Source of the DNA: an uncultured Bacilli bacterium
Lineage (GTDB): Bacteria > Bacillota_I > Bacilli_A > RF39 > UBA660
DNA: 64,000 nucleotides
Direction: 5' to 3'
NCBI GenBank assembly: GCA_947629445.1
Contig: CANRDU010000005.1
Span: 1,257 to 65,256 of the forward strand
Shown here: one piece after another, positions 1 through 9,367 of the stretch
How positions within the stretch are numbered: the first letter of the stretch is position 1
Layout: every line of letters begins with the position of its first letter
Made by a program: the position numbers and the translations under genes
Notes under the pieces: generated by a model
Databases searched by the model: none
Told to the model about the DNA's origin: nothing
Seen by the model: the letters and a program-made list of their open reading frames with translations, nothing else

Positions 1-1
1 A

Positions 2-604
2 ATCTTCAATTTATTACTTCGTTATTTTGATGCTACGAAAGGAAATATTTTTATTGATGGCATTCCCATTGAATCGTTAACAGAAAATTCTTTAAGAAGT
101 AATCTATCGATTATTAGGCAAGCACCATTTTTATTCAATTTAAGTATCATGGAAAATTTTAAAATTGTAAAAAAAGACGTTACCTTAGAAGAAGTGAGAG
201 ATGTTTGTAGGAAGGCATATATTGATGATTATATTATGAGTTTACCAAATCAATATGAAACAATTATTGGAGAGGGTGGTGTTAATTTATCTGGTGGACA
301 AAAGCAGCGAATTGCGATTGCTAGAACACTACTTATTAATACCAAGATTATTCTATTTGATGAAGCTACTAGTGCCTTAGATAATGAAAGTCAAGAATAT
401 ATTAAGAAAACAATAGATAACCTTGTAAAAGACCATACTGTTGTCATTGTTGCACATAGGCTTTCTACTATTATTGATGCTGATGTTATTCATATGATAG
501 ATGATGGAAAGTTGGTAGCTTCTGGTGTTCATTCTGATTTATTAAGAACATCAGAATTATATCGTAATCTATATATGACGGAATCCTCTAGTATGATTGA
601 ATAG
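2..604 (+). CDS. ABC transporter ATP-binding domain; C-terminal part of an exporter whose 5' end lies outside the window
   Basis: Frame is open from nt 2 (IFNLLLRYFDATKGNIFIDGIPIESL...). ABC signature LSGGQKQRIAIAR, Walker B ILFDEATSALD, H-loop VVIVAHRLS. Confidence 0.9.
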   Translation: MFNLLLRYFDATKGNIFIDGIPIESLTENSLRSNLSIIRQAPFLFNLSIMENFKIVKKDVTLEEVRDVCRKAYIDDYIMSLPNQYETIIGEGGVNLSGGQKQRIAIARTLLINTKIILFDEATSALDNESQEYIKKTIDNLVKDHTVVIVAHRLSTIIDADVIHMIDDGKLVASGVHSDLLRTSELYRNLYMTESSSMIE

Positions 605-613
605 GAGATATTT

Positions 614-1060
614 ATGAGAAAAGTGTTATTTGTGTGTCTTGGAAATATTTGTCGTTCTCCTATGGCAGAGATGATTTTAAAAGAGTTAGTGAGACAAAGG
701 GGGTTAGAACCCTATTTCCAAATAGCTTCTGCTGGCATTAGTGCAGAGGAAGATGGTCATGATATTTATCCTCCAGCTAAAAGAAAGTTATGGAGTGAAG
801 ATATACCTGTAGAAAGTAGAAGGGCTCGTAAAATTACCCAACAAGATATTGATGAATATCATGACATAATTGTTATGGAACATTATCAAAAGGAGAAAAT
901 ATTGAGAAATTATTCTGTTTCTCACCCAGAAAAAATTTATACTTTGTTAGATAGAGATATTGAAGATCCTTGGTATAGTGATGATTTTGATACCGTTTAT
1001 GAGGAAATATACGAAGGCTGTAAAAAGTTTTTAGAACAACAAAAAAATTATGAACAGTGA
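614..1060 (+). CDS. low-molecular-weight protein tyrosine phosphatase
   Basis: N-terminal CX5R(S) P-loop VCLGNICRSPMAE and DP loop DIEDPWY. RBS TAGGAGA upstream. About 148 aa, the typical LMW-PTP size. Confidence 0.9.
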   Translation: MRKVLFVCLGNICRSPMAEMILKELVRQRGLEPYFQIASAGISAEEDGHDIYPPAKRKLWSEDIPVESRRARKITQQDIDEYHDIIVMEHYQKEKILRNYSVSHPEKIYTLLDRDIEDPWYSDDFDTVYEEIYEGCKKFLEQQKNYEQ

Positions 1061-1074
1061 TGTGCATAATTTTT

Positions 1075-2394
1075 TTATTTTTTGTAGACAAATTCTTTCA
1101 CAATATTTTTTCTGGCAAACTGAAGATTTGTATCTTTGATAAATGCGTAATAATCGTCATTTTCTCCTGCTATATTTTCTCCAGTACAAATAAGAGAGCA
1201 AGGAATAGAACGTAATGTACGTTCGGCAACTTCTCTTTGTCTCGCTTTTACCGGAAAACAAGTCACTACCACTTGAAGATATTCGCCTCCAGTATCTGGG
1301 TGATGACCTTGGGTATTAATATGGAAAGTATATCTGGAACCGCCCCTTGCCATATCCATAAAAAAATTTGCAATATTTTCTAATTGATCCGCAATATGTC
1401 CTAAATTTCCTTGATAAGATTTACTTAGAATCATTCTATTAAAATGTATATTGAGAATTTCGGCAGTTTTCCCAAGTTCTTCTGCTATTCTTTGTATGCT
1501 AGGAGTGATTTTATTCTTTTGAAAACTTTCTGTATATATTCTTTGAAAAAAGGATTTTAATAAATGGTCATGTTCTGATGGTAGGAGAGAGATTCCTTCT
1601 TCTATCAATAGTCTATTGGCAGAGCGGAAATATTTGGCAATTGTTTCGTATTTCATCTCTAATATATCACTATTTTTAACATTGAAAATAAAGTCATTGG
1701 CATCTTCTAAAATTACTAAATGAGTATCTTGAGTAGTATTTTCACTTTCCTCTTGGTTTTGAATAAAAGTAAGATGGGAAAGAATAATACAACCATTTTG
1801 ATGGATAGATTCTCTTTGTAAGTGATAACGACAATTTCTCCAAGACTTGCATTTTATACCTTCACAACTTCTTACATGAATCTGTTCCCAATCTTCTTCT
1901 GATAGTGTAGGAAAGTCTTTCTTTTCAAACTTTTCTGGATTTTTTCTAATGTTCAATAAAACAGAGTAAAAATTATTTTTTTCTGATTTCCTAGTTTTTC
2001 CATGAAGACGTCTAAGACACAAGTAGTTTTCTGGTTCTTTTAAGACATGAATGGGAATTGCAACATCTAGTATACGGGAAATTTCTTTTACTTTTTCGAT
2101 TACTTTTTTTTGCGTTTGGGAAGACGAAGCCACAATGATGAAACGATTAAAATGAACGCTATGTTTATATGCTAGTAAAGTGGGAATTAAGTAGGCTATT
2201 TCTCTATTTTGAGAAGATTGAATGAGTAATGTTTGCTGTTCACGAATGGCATCTGCAACATCGTATAAAAATAATTCTAACTTTTCTTCTAAATGACATA
2301 GTTTTATTCCTTGCTCTAATAGTTGTTCAAAATTTATTTTCTCTAAATCTTCCGTTATTTTCATCTCATTTGGCTTTATGAAGATAGATGACAT
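1075..2394 (-). CDS. DinG/Rad3-like helicase-related protein with degenerate ATPase motifs (N-terminal half only)
   Basis: Order of DinG-like blocks: LLIQSSQNREIAYLIPTLL (where the Walker A GTGKT/S should sit), ENYLCLRRL, Cys cluster CEGIKCKSWRNCRYH, ILSHLTF, LVILEDANDF (where DEAH should sit). RBS AAGGGGGA upstream. Confidence 0.5.
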   Translation of the reverse strand: MSSIFIKPNEMKITEDLEKINFEQLLEQGIKLCHLEEKLELFLYDVADAIREQQTLLIQSSQNREIAYLIPTLLAYKHSVHFNRFIIVASSSQTQKKVIEKVKEISRILDVAIPIHVLKEPENYLCLRRLHGKTRKSEKNNFYSVLLNIRKNPEKFEKKDFPTLSEEDWEQIHVRSCEGIKCKSWRNCRYHLQRESIHQNGCIILSHLTFIQNQEESENTTQDTHLVILEDANDFIFNVKNSDILEMKYETIAKYFRSANRLLIEEGISLLPSEHDHLLKSFFQRIYTESFQKNKITPSIQRIAEELGKTAEILNIHFNRMILSKSYQGNLGHIADQLENIANFFMDMARGGSRYTFHINTQGHHPDTGGEYLQVVVTCFPVKARQREVAERTLRSIPCSLICTGENIAGENDDYYAFIKDTNLQFARKNIVKEFVYKK

Positions 2395-2443
2395 AATATT
2401 CCCCCTTAAGTTTTTTTATTATAACATGGCGATTATAGAAAGA

Positions 2444-2472
2444 CAATAAAAAAACTACATTTCTGTAGTTTT
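2444..2472 (-). terminator. intrinsic terminator of the PP2C gene
   Basis: AAAACTACA / TGTAGTTTT stem (2451-2459 / 2464-2472) with a 4-nt loop, followed on the minus strand by a T-run. Confidence 0.65.
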
Positions 2473-3328
2473 AAACATAAGAATCCATCTTAAAGTAAAG
2501 AGCAACAGTAGCGTTATCTTTTCCATTTTGTGGACAGTAGAATTCTTTTCCTTTCGGAATTCTTTTAGATGGTTTACCATATACAGCTTCTTGAATAATC
2601 GTTTGCGCTAAAGTATCTTTCTTTTTATGTACTAATTTTTCAATCTTAGAATCTGATAAGAAATCAGTAACACCATCTGTAAATAGTAACAATCCATTAT
2701 AAGAATTGTTATTTAAAATAGTAATTTGAGGTTTTGTGTTATAATCAGGTCCAATACATTTTGTGATTAATTTATTTTCTTTATGGAAACGAATTTGTTC
2801 TTTTGTTAAATTTCCTTGTTCATAATAAATCCAAACTACAGAATCATCTTTCGTAATTTGCTCGATAGAATCCTCTTTGGCAATGTAAGCTCTGGAATCA
2901 CCGATATTAGCAACTACGGTGTTTTCTTCATTTATTACTGCACAAGTTAGTGTAGTTGCACATCCAGTTCGATAAGATTTTACTACGTACAAGTAATTAT
3001 TGATGAAGCGAATAATTTTGCTCAATGATTTAGATAAAAGTTTAGTGTTATTAATTTTTCTCTCGGATTCATTCGTAAACCATTTTTCTAAAGCACGAAT
3101 CGTGAAATTAGAAGCAACTTCTCCGCTACTTCGTCCACCAACTCCATCTGCGACTGCCAAAAGTTTTAAATTTGGATTTTCTGGATGAGTGATAGTTATT
3201 ACACTATCTTCGTTGTTTGTTCTTGATAATCCAACATCACTCAGGGAATCTAAAATATCCTCTTGATTTCCTAAGCAATTCATTTGTTTATCAAATTGTT
3301 TTTTTGTTTTACTAAGAAAAGCAAACAC
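2471..3328 (-). CDS. PP2C-family Ser/Thr protein phosphatase
   Basis: PP2C motifs AVADGVGGRSSGEVAS, GDSRAY, LLFTDGVTD. Start moved to GTG 3328, which has AGGAGGG 6 nt upstream. The ATG at 3367 in the ORF track lies inside a consensus promoter. Confidence 0.85.
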   Translation of the reverse strand: MFAFLSKTKKQFDKQMNCLGNQEDILDSLSDVGLSRTNNEDSVITITHPENPNLKLLAVADGVGGRSSGEVASNFTIRALEKWFTNESERKINNTKLLSKSLSKIIRFINNYLYVVKSYRTGCATTLTCAVINEENTVVANIGDSRAYIAKEDSIEQITKDDSVVWIYYEQGNLTKEQIRFHKENKLITKCIGPDYNTKPQITILNNNSYNGLLLFTDGVTDFLSDSKIEKLVHKKKDTLAQTIIQEAVYGKPSKRIPKGKEFYCPQNGKDNATVALYFKMDSYV

Positions 3329-3357
3329 ACAAATCCCTCCTGTGAAAGACAGTTTGT

Positions 3358-3386
3358 ATGATAACATGTTTTGAAAAAATTGTCAA
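3358..3386 (-). promoter_or_regulatory. sigma-A-type promoter of the PP2C gene
   Basis: On the minus strand: TTGACA (3386-3381), 17-nt spacer, TGT-TATCAT (-10 at 3363-3358). Confidence 0.6.
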
Positions 3387-3514
3387 ATAATGAAATAAAC
3401 TCGTTAAAATCCTCTTTTTATTTAGTATTCTCTAGTTTTCTCATATTATGCAAGGATTTTTTTTAGTATTTGTGATATAATGAAAGTGATAGTAAATCTA
3501 GAAGGGAGTAAAAA

Positions 3515-4438
3515 ATGAAAAAATTTGGAAAAACATTATTTTTGCTATTAGTAGTTGCGGCTATGACTGGTTGTGTAAAACAGACTATTCATATGGATAT
3601 TAATAAAAATGGTGATGTTACTATGACAGCCATTAATGCAACTCAAAATGGAACTACTTCAGATAGTGATAAAGAGGAGTTAGAAAAGTTAGGTTATAAA
3701 GTAGAAGACTATGAAGAAGATGATTTGACTGGAATTAAATTTAGCAAGACTTATAAGTTATCAGAAATTAGTTCTAAAGAATCTAAACAAGTTGATCTTA
3801 CTACAGTAGGTACTGAAGAATTTGATAAACAACTTTCTTTCCAGAAAAAAGGAAATACTTACAAAGCTAATTTTATCTTTGATACTACGTTAAGTGATGA
3901 TTATGATGAATCTTATGCTTCTTATGCAAGTGATATGGAGATTTCTTATTCTGTAACACTACCAAATAAGCCAAAATCACACAATGCTGATACAGTATCA
4001 GAGGATGGAAAAACTCTTACTTGGAATGTAAAATATGGTGAAAAGAAAGTTATTAATTATGAGTTTAAATTAGGAAGCGATATATTAAAGTATGTTCTAA
4101 TTGGCGGAGCTATCGTTGTTATAGCAGTAGTAATAGTGGTTGTAGTAAAGAAAAATAAAAAACAAAACCCAACTGGAATGAATAATGCTATGGCTTACGC
4201 AACACCAATGCCAGCAGTTCCGAATCAAGGAATGCCACAGACACCAGTGATGCCAGAACCTACCGCTCCGGTATCTCCAGAACCAGTTGCTCCAATAACA
4301 CCAGAACCTGTCGCACCTGTAACACCGGAACCACTTCAAAATCCAGAGCCTATGAATGCTACTGATACGCCAGTTACGGAAGAAACTTCTACAACACCAG
4401 AAGAAAATGTATCACAAAATTCAAATCAAAATGAATAA
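3515..4438 (+). CDS. lipoprotein with C-terminal TM helix and Pro-rich tail
   Basis: Lipobox LLVVAAMTGC, TM GGAIVVIAVVIVVVV, Pro-rich tail. RBS GAAGGGAG upstream. Confidence 0.7.
   Translation: MKKFGKTLFLLLVVAAMTGCVKQTIHMDINKNGDVTMTAINATQNGTTSDSDKEELEKLGYKVEDYEEDDLTGIKFSKTYKLSEISSKESKQVDLTTVGTEEFDKQLSFQKKGNTYKANFIFDTTLSDDYDESYASYASDMEISYSVTLPNKPKSHNADTVSEDGKTLTWNVKYGEKKVINYEFKLGSDILKYVLIGGAIVVIAVVIVVVVKKNKKQNPTGMNNAMAYATPMPAVPNQGMPQTPVMPEPTAPVSPEPVAPITPEPVAPVTPEPLQNPEPMNATDTPVTEETSTTPEENVSQNSNQNE
4253..4351 (+). repeat. in-frame 24-nt (octapeptide PEPVAPxT) tandem repeat
   Basis: PEPTAPVS PEPVAPIT PEPVAPVT PEPLQNPEP read directly from the translation. Confidence 0.6.
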
Positions 4439-4474
4439 AATAAGAACCAATATCTTATGATATTGGTTCTTATT
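4439..4474. terminator. bidirectional terminator between convergent genes
   Basis: Perfect 16-bp stem AATAAGAACCAATATC / GATATTGGTTCTTATT with loop TTAT and A/T runs on both sides. Confidence 0.8.
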
Positions 4475-5285
4475 TTAATAAATTTAAAAGATTTTTATAT
4501 TTTAAATAGGCTTTTTCATTATTCCACAAGTTTCCATACTCATCTTTGAAGAGAGATGATTGTGGAGATTTTTTTGATTTCTTGTTTGCAGAAGCGGTCA
4601 ATACTTCGACTTCTTCTAATTCCATATTCTTTTGGGCTTGTAATTGGTCTATTAAGGTCACTTTTGTACCATTTACAATTTCTCTATTATCAAATAATTG
4701 ATAATCTAGACGCCATAGATATAGTCCAGTACCAGTATATTCCGAAATATCAACATCTCTTTTTGCCAATTGATTTTGGAATTCATCCCAATTCGATACT
4801 CCCATAGTATTTTCACCTAGCATTTTTTTTGCATATTGATGAACATATTTGAAATAGGCAGCCTCTATTTGCGAAGCATCTACTCCTTTTTCAATAGTTT
4901 CCTTTAACTCTGGTGTAATTTCTAACCATGAGACACGATAATTTTTAGAACCTAAGTAGAGTCTAACTAATAGGATATCACCTTGACCTTCTCTACTTAA
5001 AAGTTGATATTCAATAGGAACAACAGCGAATACTTCTAGTAAATTATGAGTATCGGTAGGAACTTGTAATTGTAGTGGAAAATTGATTACTAAGTCATTT
5101 TTATGGAAACCTAGTGCTTTATAAAATAAAGATTTTAAAAAGCGCTCTCTACTAATCCAATCTTTACTATTATCATAAACAGCTTGATATTCTTCTTTTG
5201 AAAGGAAGGTATCTAATGGCGATAATTTATCTAGTGCACTATCTATTTTTGCAAATACGGTTAATTGTCTGTTAGTAACAGCCAT
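4470..5285 (-). CDS. hypothetical protein
   Basis: Long ORF. The ATG at 5285 has GGGGTGAG about 6 nt upstream, so I prefer it to the GTG at 5294. No motif recognised. Confidence 0.55.
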   Translation of the reverse strand: MAVTNRQLTVFAKIDSALDKLSPLDTFLSKEEYQAVYDNSKDWISRERFLKSLFYKALGFHKNDLVINFPLQLQVPTDTHNLLEVFAVVPIEYQLLSREGQGDILLVRLYLGSKNYRVSWLEITPELKETIEKGVDASQIEAAYFKYVHQYAKKMLGENTMGVSNWDEFQNQLAKRDVDISEYTGTGLYLWRLDYQLFDNREIVNGTKVTLIDQLQAQKNMELEEVEVLTASANKKSKKSPQSSLFKDEYGNLWNNEKAYLKYKNLLNLLK

Positions 5286-5341
5286 GAAACTCACCCCATT
5301 TTATTCACTACCAGTATATCTGTCTTTCCCAAAAAAGTCAA

Positions 5342-6418
5342 TTACTTCGAGTTAGTTTCTTTATTTGTGTGTAAACTTCTAAGGAGAGATATCGAAGTAA
5401 GAAGGGGATATAAATTTGTTCCGTAACAAGAGTCTAATAGAGATAAAATAACCTTTTTCGCATCACCATAGGCATGTATAACCAGTTTATCAGAAAGTGC
5501 TAATAAGATATGACCGTTTTTATGAAGAATAGCAGGATAGGGAATCTTTTTCAATATTTCTTTTTTTTCTAATTCTGTTTTTCCTTTCAGATTTATTTTT
5601 TCTATCCCAAATACTTTTTCTAAATTTTGCGTATCTCTTGGTAATGATAGTCCAAATATGCGAAATAGGGATTGAATGAAGAAAGAGCAATCAACGCCAT
5701 CTTGAATACCTCCCCAACGATAGGGAATATTTAAAAATTTCTGAGCATATTTTAAAATATTTTTAGGAGTATATGGAAGATATCCTACGTAACAGATTTC
5801 TTTTGGAAGTCGACATATTTTGAGTCCCTGGGAAGTGGGAATTAATACCTCGTAAAAGGAAGAATGTACTCCTAGTAACGGAAATTTAGTTCCCATGTCT
5901 AAAAAAGTATTGAGAAATGGGAATAGTGGCATTGTGATAGTTATAAATTTAGGGGGATTTTCAAAAAGATTTCGTATCTGTTCAGAAATGAGAGTAACTT
6001 CTTCTTTTAAAATCCATCCTCGATAATAAGGAGTTTCTACATAATACCATAAATCATCTAAACTATGATGGAGAATTAATAGTGGGGTGGCAAAAGGAAT
6101 CACAGAAGCAATATTATTATCGACAATAGTAGAACGATAAAAACTTTCTTCGGTAGGAAGATACCGGAGTGTTGATCTCGTAATTGTAATTGCATTTTCC
6201 ACATATATTTCCTCTGTAATTTTTTTTAGATTTCGGTTTTCTAGAATGTATTTAGAGATGGGTTGGTCGGGAATGAAATCATTCTTGATTTTGTCTAATA
6301 GAGCAGTAGAAGTAATTTTTTGGGGATATCTACTCAGTAAAATTAAAGAATCGTCTTCCAGTCGCATTCGTATGTTTTCTTGTTCTATTTCCTCTTTGGT
6401 TAAAATGAGATTATTCAT
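5342..6418 (-). CDS. NlpC/P60 (C40) cell-wall peptidase with N-terminal SH3b-like region
   Basis: Catalytic Cys block YRWGGIQDGVDCSFFIQSLF with a downstream His (KNGHILLAL...VIHAYG), a YkfC-like layout. Confidence 0.7.
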   Translation of the reverse strand: MNNLILTKEEIEQENIRMRLEDDSLILLSRYPQKITSTALLDKIKNDFIPDQPISKYILENRNLKKITEEIYVENAITITRSTLRYLPTEESFYRSTIVDNNIASVIPFATPLLILHHSLDDLWYYVETPYYRGWILKEEVTLISEQIRNLFENPPKFITITMPLFPFLNTFLDMGTKFPLLGVHSSFYEVLIPTSQGLKICRLPKEICYVGYLPYTPKNILKYAQKFLNIPYRWGGIQDGVDCSFFIQSLFRIFGLSLPRDTQNLEKVFGIEKINLKGKTELEKKEILKKIPYPAILHKNGHILLALSDKLVIHAYGDAKKVILSLLDSCYGTNLYPLLTSISLLRSLHTNKETNSK

Positions 6419-6514
6419 AGCATCCTCTTTTCAATAAAAAATATGAAATAGTTATAAAAAAATGTCTAAATTGTCTTGATTTCGTGTATAATGGGGTTAG
6501 AAAGAGATGATTGC

Positions 6515-6988
6515 ATGACTTCTACAATCCGTCCTGATGAATGGGAAGAGTTAACCACACTAGAACAAATGCTAAGGGGAACGATACTAGATTTTAATAA
6601 GACGAAAGAGGAACTTGGAAAAACAACATTACGGGTTCAAATAGAATTATTATCTAGTCGATTAAAGAGATTAAAAGTTTCAATTGCCGAGATGAAAAAA
6701 ATGTTGGATGATTTTTGCATTCCTAAAGAGGCTAAGGATATTCAAAACCGTTTAGGAGAGAAGTTACAGCATAATCTTGCCCCTTATATGGGAACGGATG
6801 ACGATGGGGAATTTATCCGTAATTTTGCATGGAAGACTTATGATGTTTTAGAACAGGAAAAATACGATAATTTAAAAGGAATACAAGGTTTGGAAGAACA
6901 AGCAGAAATCAAGCAGATTTATGAAAGATATGAAAATCAGTTTTTACCATTTCTTAGACAACCAAAAAAAGAGAGTCGCACACGCTGA
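6515..6988 (+). CDS. hypothetical coiled-coil protein
   Basis: ORF with an AGAAAGAGA RBS-like tract before the ATG at 6515. The upstream TTG start at 6476 overlaps a TATAAT box. Confidence 0.5.
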   Translation: MTSTIRPDEWEELTTLEQMLRGTILDFNKTKEELGKTTLRVQIELLSSRLKRLKVSIAEMKKMLDDFCIPKEAKDIQNRLGEKLQHNLAPYMGTDDDGEFIRNFAWKTYDVLEQEKYDNLKGIQGLEEQAEIKQIYERYENQFLPFLRQPKKESRTR

Positions 6989-6999
6989 CTCTTTTTTTA
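6964..6999. terminator. bidirectional terminator
   Basis: AGAGTC / GACTCT stem flanked by an A7 run and a T7 run. It overlaps both convergent stop codons. Confidence 0.6.
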
Positions 7000-9186
7000 A
7001 GCACCTTTTTTCGTATAAATTTTATGTGTTGGTAGAATAACTATAGAGAATTGAATTTTTCGTGAAATAGGACTGGCATCTACTAATCTAGCATGAATAA
7101 AGTCTCCTATTCGTAAAGTTTCGCCCGTATCTTTATGAACTAAAGTAGTTCCTTCCTGAAGTTCATACCCTAAGGCTATTAACTCACTAGTAGGAATTGT
7201 GCCAGTTACAAAATCAGAAGTTTTAATGACGACATGATTTTTACTAATATAAGTAATCATACTGATATATTCATTTCCTTCTTTTCCAGCCATAAATTGC
7301 GCTAATTTATAATTTGTAATTTCTTGGTCTGTGGAATCTGCTATCTTTTCAACTTGCGTCGTATGTTTACATACTTTAATCATTTTTTCTCTTTCTAAAG
7401 CAGGGTCTAATTCTTGTCTAGATAAAGAAGAATATTTATTCATATTATAATGAGTTTGTAAATCAGAATACCTACGAATAGGAGAAGTAAAATGAGTATA
7501 ATTTGCTAAAGCCAAACCAAAATGACCAATATTGTCAACACTATATTTGGCTTTGGAAAGACCTCGTATCAATAAATCCGAAATAGCTGGATATGCATCT
7601 AGGGGAGCAAGAGACTCTAATAATTTTTGGAATTCTTTAGGATCTTGATAGTTTTTTTGTTCAAGTGGATATCCGCTTTTGATAAGATAATCGATTACTT
7701 CATGAATTCTTTGTGTATTTGGTAGGTCATGAATGCGATAAATGTAAGGAAGATTACACTCTTGTAAGTGTAAGTCATAGGCATATCTACCGATTACTTC
7801 ATTGGCTAATAACATGAAATTCTCAATTAGTTTTTCTGAGGACCCCCGATATCTTGGAATGATGGATACTGGCATACCTTCCTCATCTGTTTGAATTTGT
7901 ATTTCTTTATCACCGAAACTGATATAGCCTCTTTGATGTTTTTGTTGGTCTAAGATATGAGATAATTGAAACATTCTTTGAAGGGTAGGTATGAATTCTT
8001 CGTATTCAGGTAGTTTTTCCCGTTTATCAAAAATGCGGTTGACATCTTCGTATGTCATTTTTTTGCGTGAACGAATCACACTATCAAAAATGTGATAGGA
8101 AACCATTTTTCCTTCTGGTGTAATTTCAATCTCACAACTTTTTGTAAATCGCATTGTTTCTGGATTTAATGAACAAATGCCGTTGGATAGTTTAGGTGGT
8201 AACATGGGGAATACGAGATTTAGAAAATAATAACTATGTCCTCTTTTAAAAGCCTCTTTTTGTAATTCAGAACCTTCTTTTACATAATAACTAACATCAG
8301 CAATATGAACTCCTAGTATATAATTTCCCCTAGCATTGATTTCTAAGCTAATCGCATCATCTAAATCTTTTGATTTTGCCCCATCAATAGTAAAAATCAT
8401 TTTATCTAATAGGTTAATTCGTCCCCGTTTTAGTTCTAAATCTAATTCTTCTTGACTAATGGTATCTGGTATGGTTTCTACTTCTTCTAACACAGACTCA
8501 GGAAATTCAATACGAATCCCATGGGTAGCAGCAATCGTCTTCACGTCTAAATATGGATCATCCTTATGACCAATAAGACAAATAACATCGCCGTGAAAGA
8601 TTCCGTTATGGTTGATTTTATCAATTTCTACAAAGAAACGATCGCCAACAGCAAGAGCATTACGGTCTTTTTTGCTAAGGGATACTTGAAAAGAAAAAGG
8701 ATTATTATAAGGACGGAAACGTTTCCGTTTACCATCTCTGTAGCACTCAAATACGACAATGTTATTTTGTCTTTGGATAATTTTTTCAATCGTTGCACGA
8801 TTTTGTCCAAAACTCATGAATCCGTTGCGTTTAACAAGAACAATATCTCCTTTTAAGGCACCATTTAAATGGTTATCAGGAACAAATACCATATTATTAC
8901 CGACTAATACAAAAGGTCTATGTTTAGAGTCGAAACGCACTTCTCCGACTGCTAAATCGCCGTTTTTGGGAAATCGTATGTATTCCTGAGAATCATTTTC
9001 GTAAATAAATCCATCTCGTTCTAATTGTGAGAGAACTTCTTGTAATAATTGTTTTTCTGGTTCTGTTAGGTGCAGAAGGAATGTTATTTTTTCCAACGTA
9101 AGATTTTCTTCTTTTTCTAATAGTTTTTTAACTCTTTCTAGTAAATCTGCCAATGCTACCACACTCCCTATTCTCATTATACGCAA
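6997..9186 (-). CDS. rnr: ribonuclease R
   Basis: RNB-domain blocks (TIDGAKSKDLDDAISLE, HIADVSYYV, HFGLA...YTHFTSPIRRYSDL) and a C-terminal S1-like domain. About 729 aa. Confidence 0.92.
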   Translation of the reverse strand: MRIMRIGSVVALADLLERVKKLLEKEENLTLEKITFLLHLTEPEKQLLQEVLSQLERDGFIYENDSQEYIRFPKNGDLAVGEVRFDSKHRPFVLVGNNMVFVPDNHLNGALKGDIVLVKRNGFMSFGQNRATIEKIIQRQNNIVVFECYRDGKRKRFRPYNNPFSFQVSLSKKDRNALAVGDRFFVEIDKINHNGIFHGDVICLIGHKDDPYLDVKTIAATHGIRIEFPESVLEEVETIPDTISQEELDLELKRGRINLLDKMIFTIDGAKSKDLDDAISLEINARGNYILGVHIADVSYYVKEGSELQKEAFKRGHSYYFLNLVFPMLPPKLSNGICSLNPETMRFTKSCEIEITPEGKMVSYHIFDSVIRSRKKMTYEDVNRIFDKREKLPEYEEFIPTLQRMFQLSHILDQQKHQRGYISFGDKEIQIQTDEEGMPVSIIPRYRGSSEKLIENFMLLANEVIGRYAYDLHLQECNLPYIYRIHDLPNTQRIHEVIDYLIKSGYPLEQKNYQDPKEFQKLLESLAPLDAYPAISDLLIRGLSKAKYSVDNIGHFGLALANYTHFTSPIRRYSDLQTHYNMNKYSSLSRQELDPALEREKMIKVCKHTTQVEKIADSTDQEITNYKLAQFMAGKEGNEYISMITYISKNHVVIKTSDFVTGTIPTSELIALGYELQEGTTLVHKDTGETLRIGDFIHARLVDASPISRKIQFSIVILPTHKIYTKKGA

Positions 9187-9213
9187 AATTAATTTTGAAG
9201 TAAATAGACCAAT

Positions 9214-9242
9214 TTGACATCTCTAGATATTTTTGATACAAT
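9214..9242 (+). promoter_or_regulatory. near-consensus sigma-A promoter
   Basis: TTGACA (9214-9219), 17-nt spacer ending in TGA, TACAAT (9237-9242). Confidence 0.6.
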
Positions 9243-9293
9243 AGCACACGGTTTTGTAATGATTTGCTATTACAGAAATAAGATGATTGTAGT

Positions 9294-9337
9294 AAGAACA
9301 GGTTATTGTGGAACATTGTAAAAATACCTGTTCTTTT
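9294..9337 (+). promoter_or_regulatory. terminator-like hairpin inside the 5' leader of the TPR-like gene (possible attenuator)
   Basis: 10-bp stem AAGAACAGGT / ACCTGTTCTT (9294-9303 / 9326-9335) followed by TTC. It sits between the promoter and the start codon at 9368. Confidence 0.35.
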
Positions 9338-9367
9338 CATGTGAAAAAATAGAAAAAAAGGAGGTGT

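Noticed and set aside
873-1091. Short ORFs nested in or antisense to larger genes: 873-1091, 3000-3188, 4556-4807, 6246-6437, 8566-8989, 11173-12389, 17033-17272, 21792-24634, 33133-34722, 37596-37808, 38646-39258, 39663-39854, 44843-46831, 47233-47415, 53054-53239, 53655-53942, 55434-55631, 57749-57976, 60231-60446, 61496-61845
   Set aside because: All overlap longer ORFs that carry recognisable family motifs. They lack an RBS and have skewed low-complexity compositions typical of off-frame translation of AT-rich coding DNA.
4097-4339. 80-aa Trp/Cys/Arg-rich minus-strand ORF
   Set aside because: It is a mirror-frame artefact of the Pro-rich (CCA/CCG) repeat region of the lipoprotein gene on the plus strand.
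9128-9340. 70-aa minus-strand ORF in the rnr / TPR-gene intergenic region
   Set aside because: It would run antisense through a consensus plus-strand promoter and into the rnr start. It has no RBS. The region is better explained as divergent promoters plus a leader.
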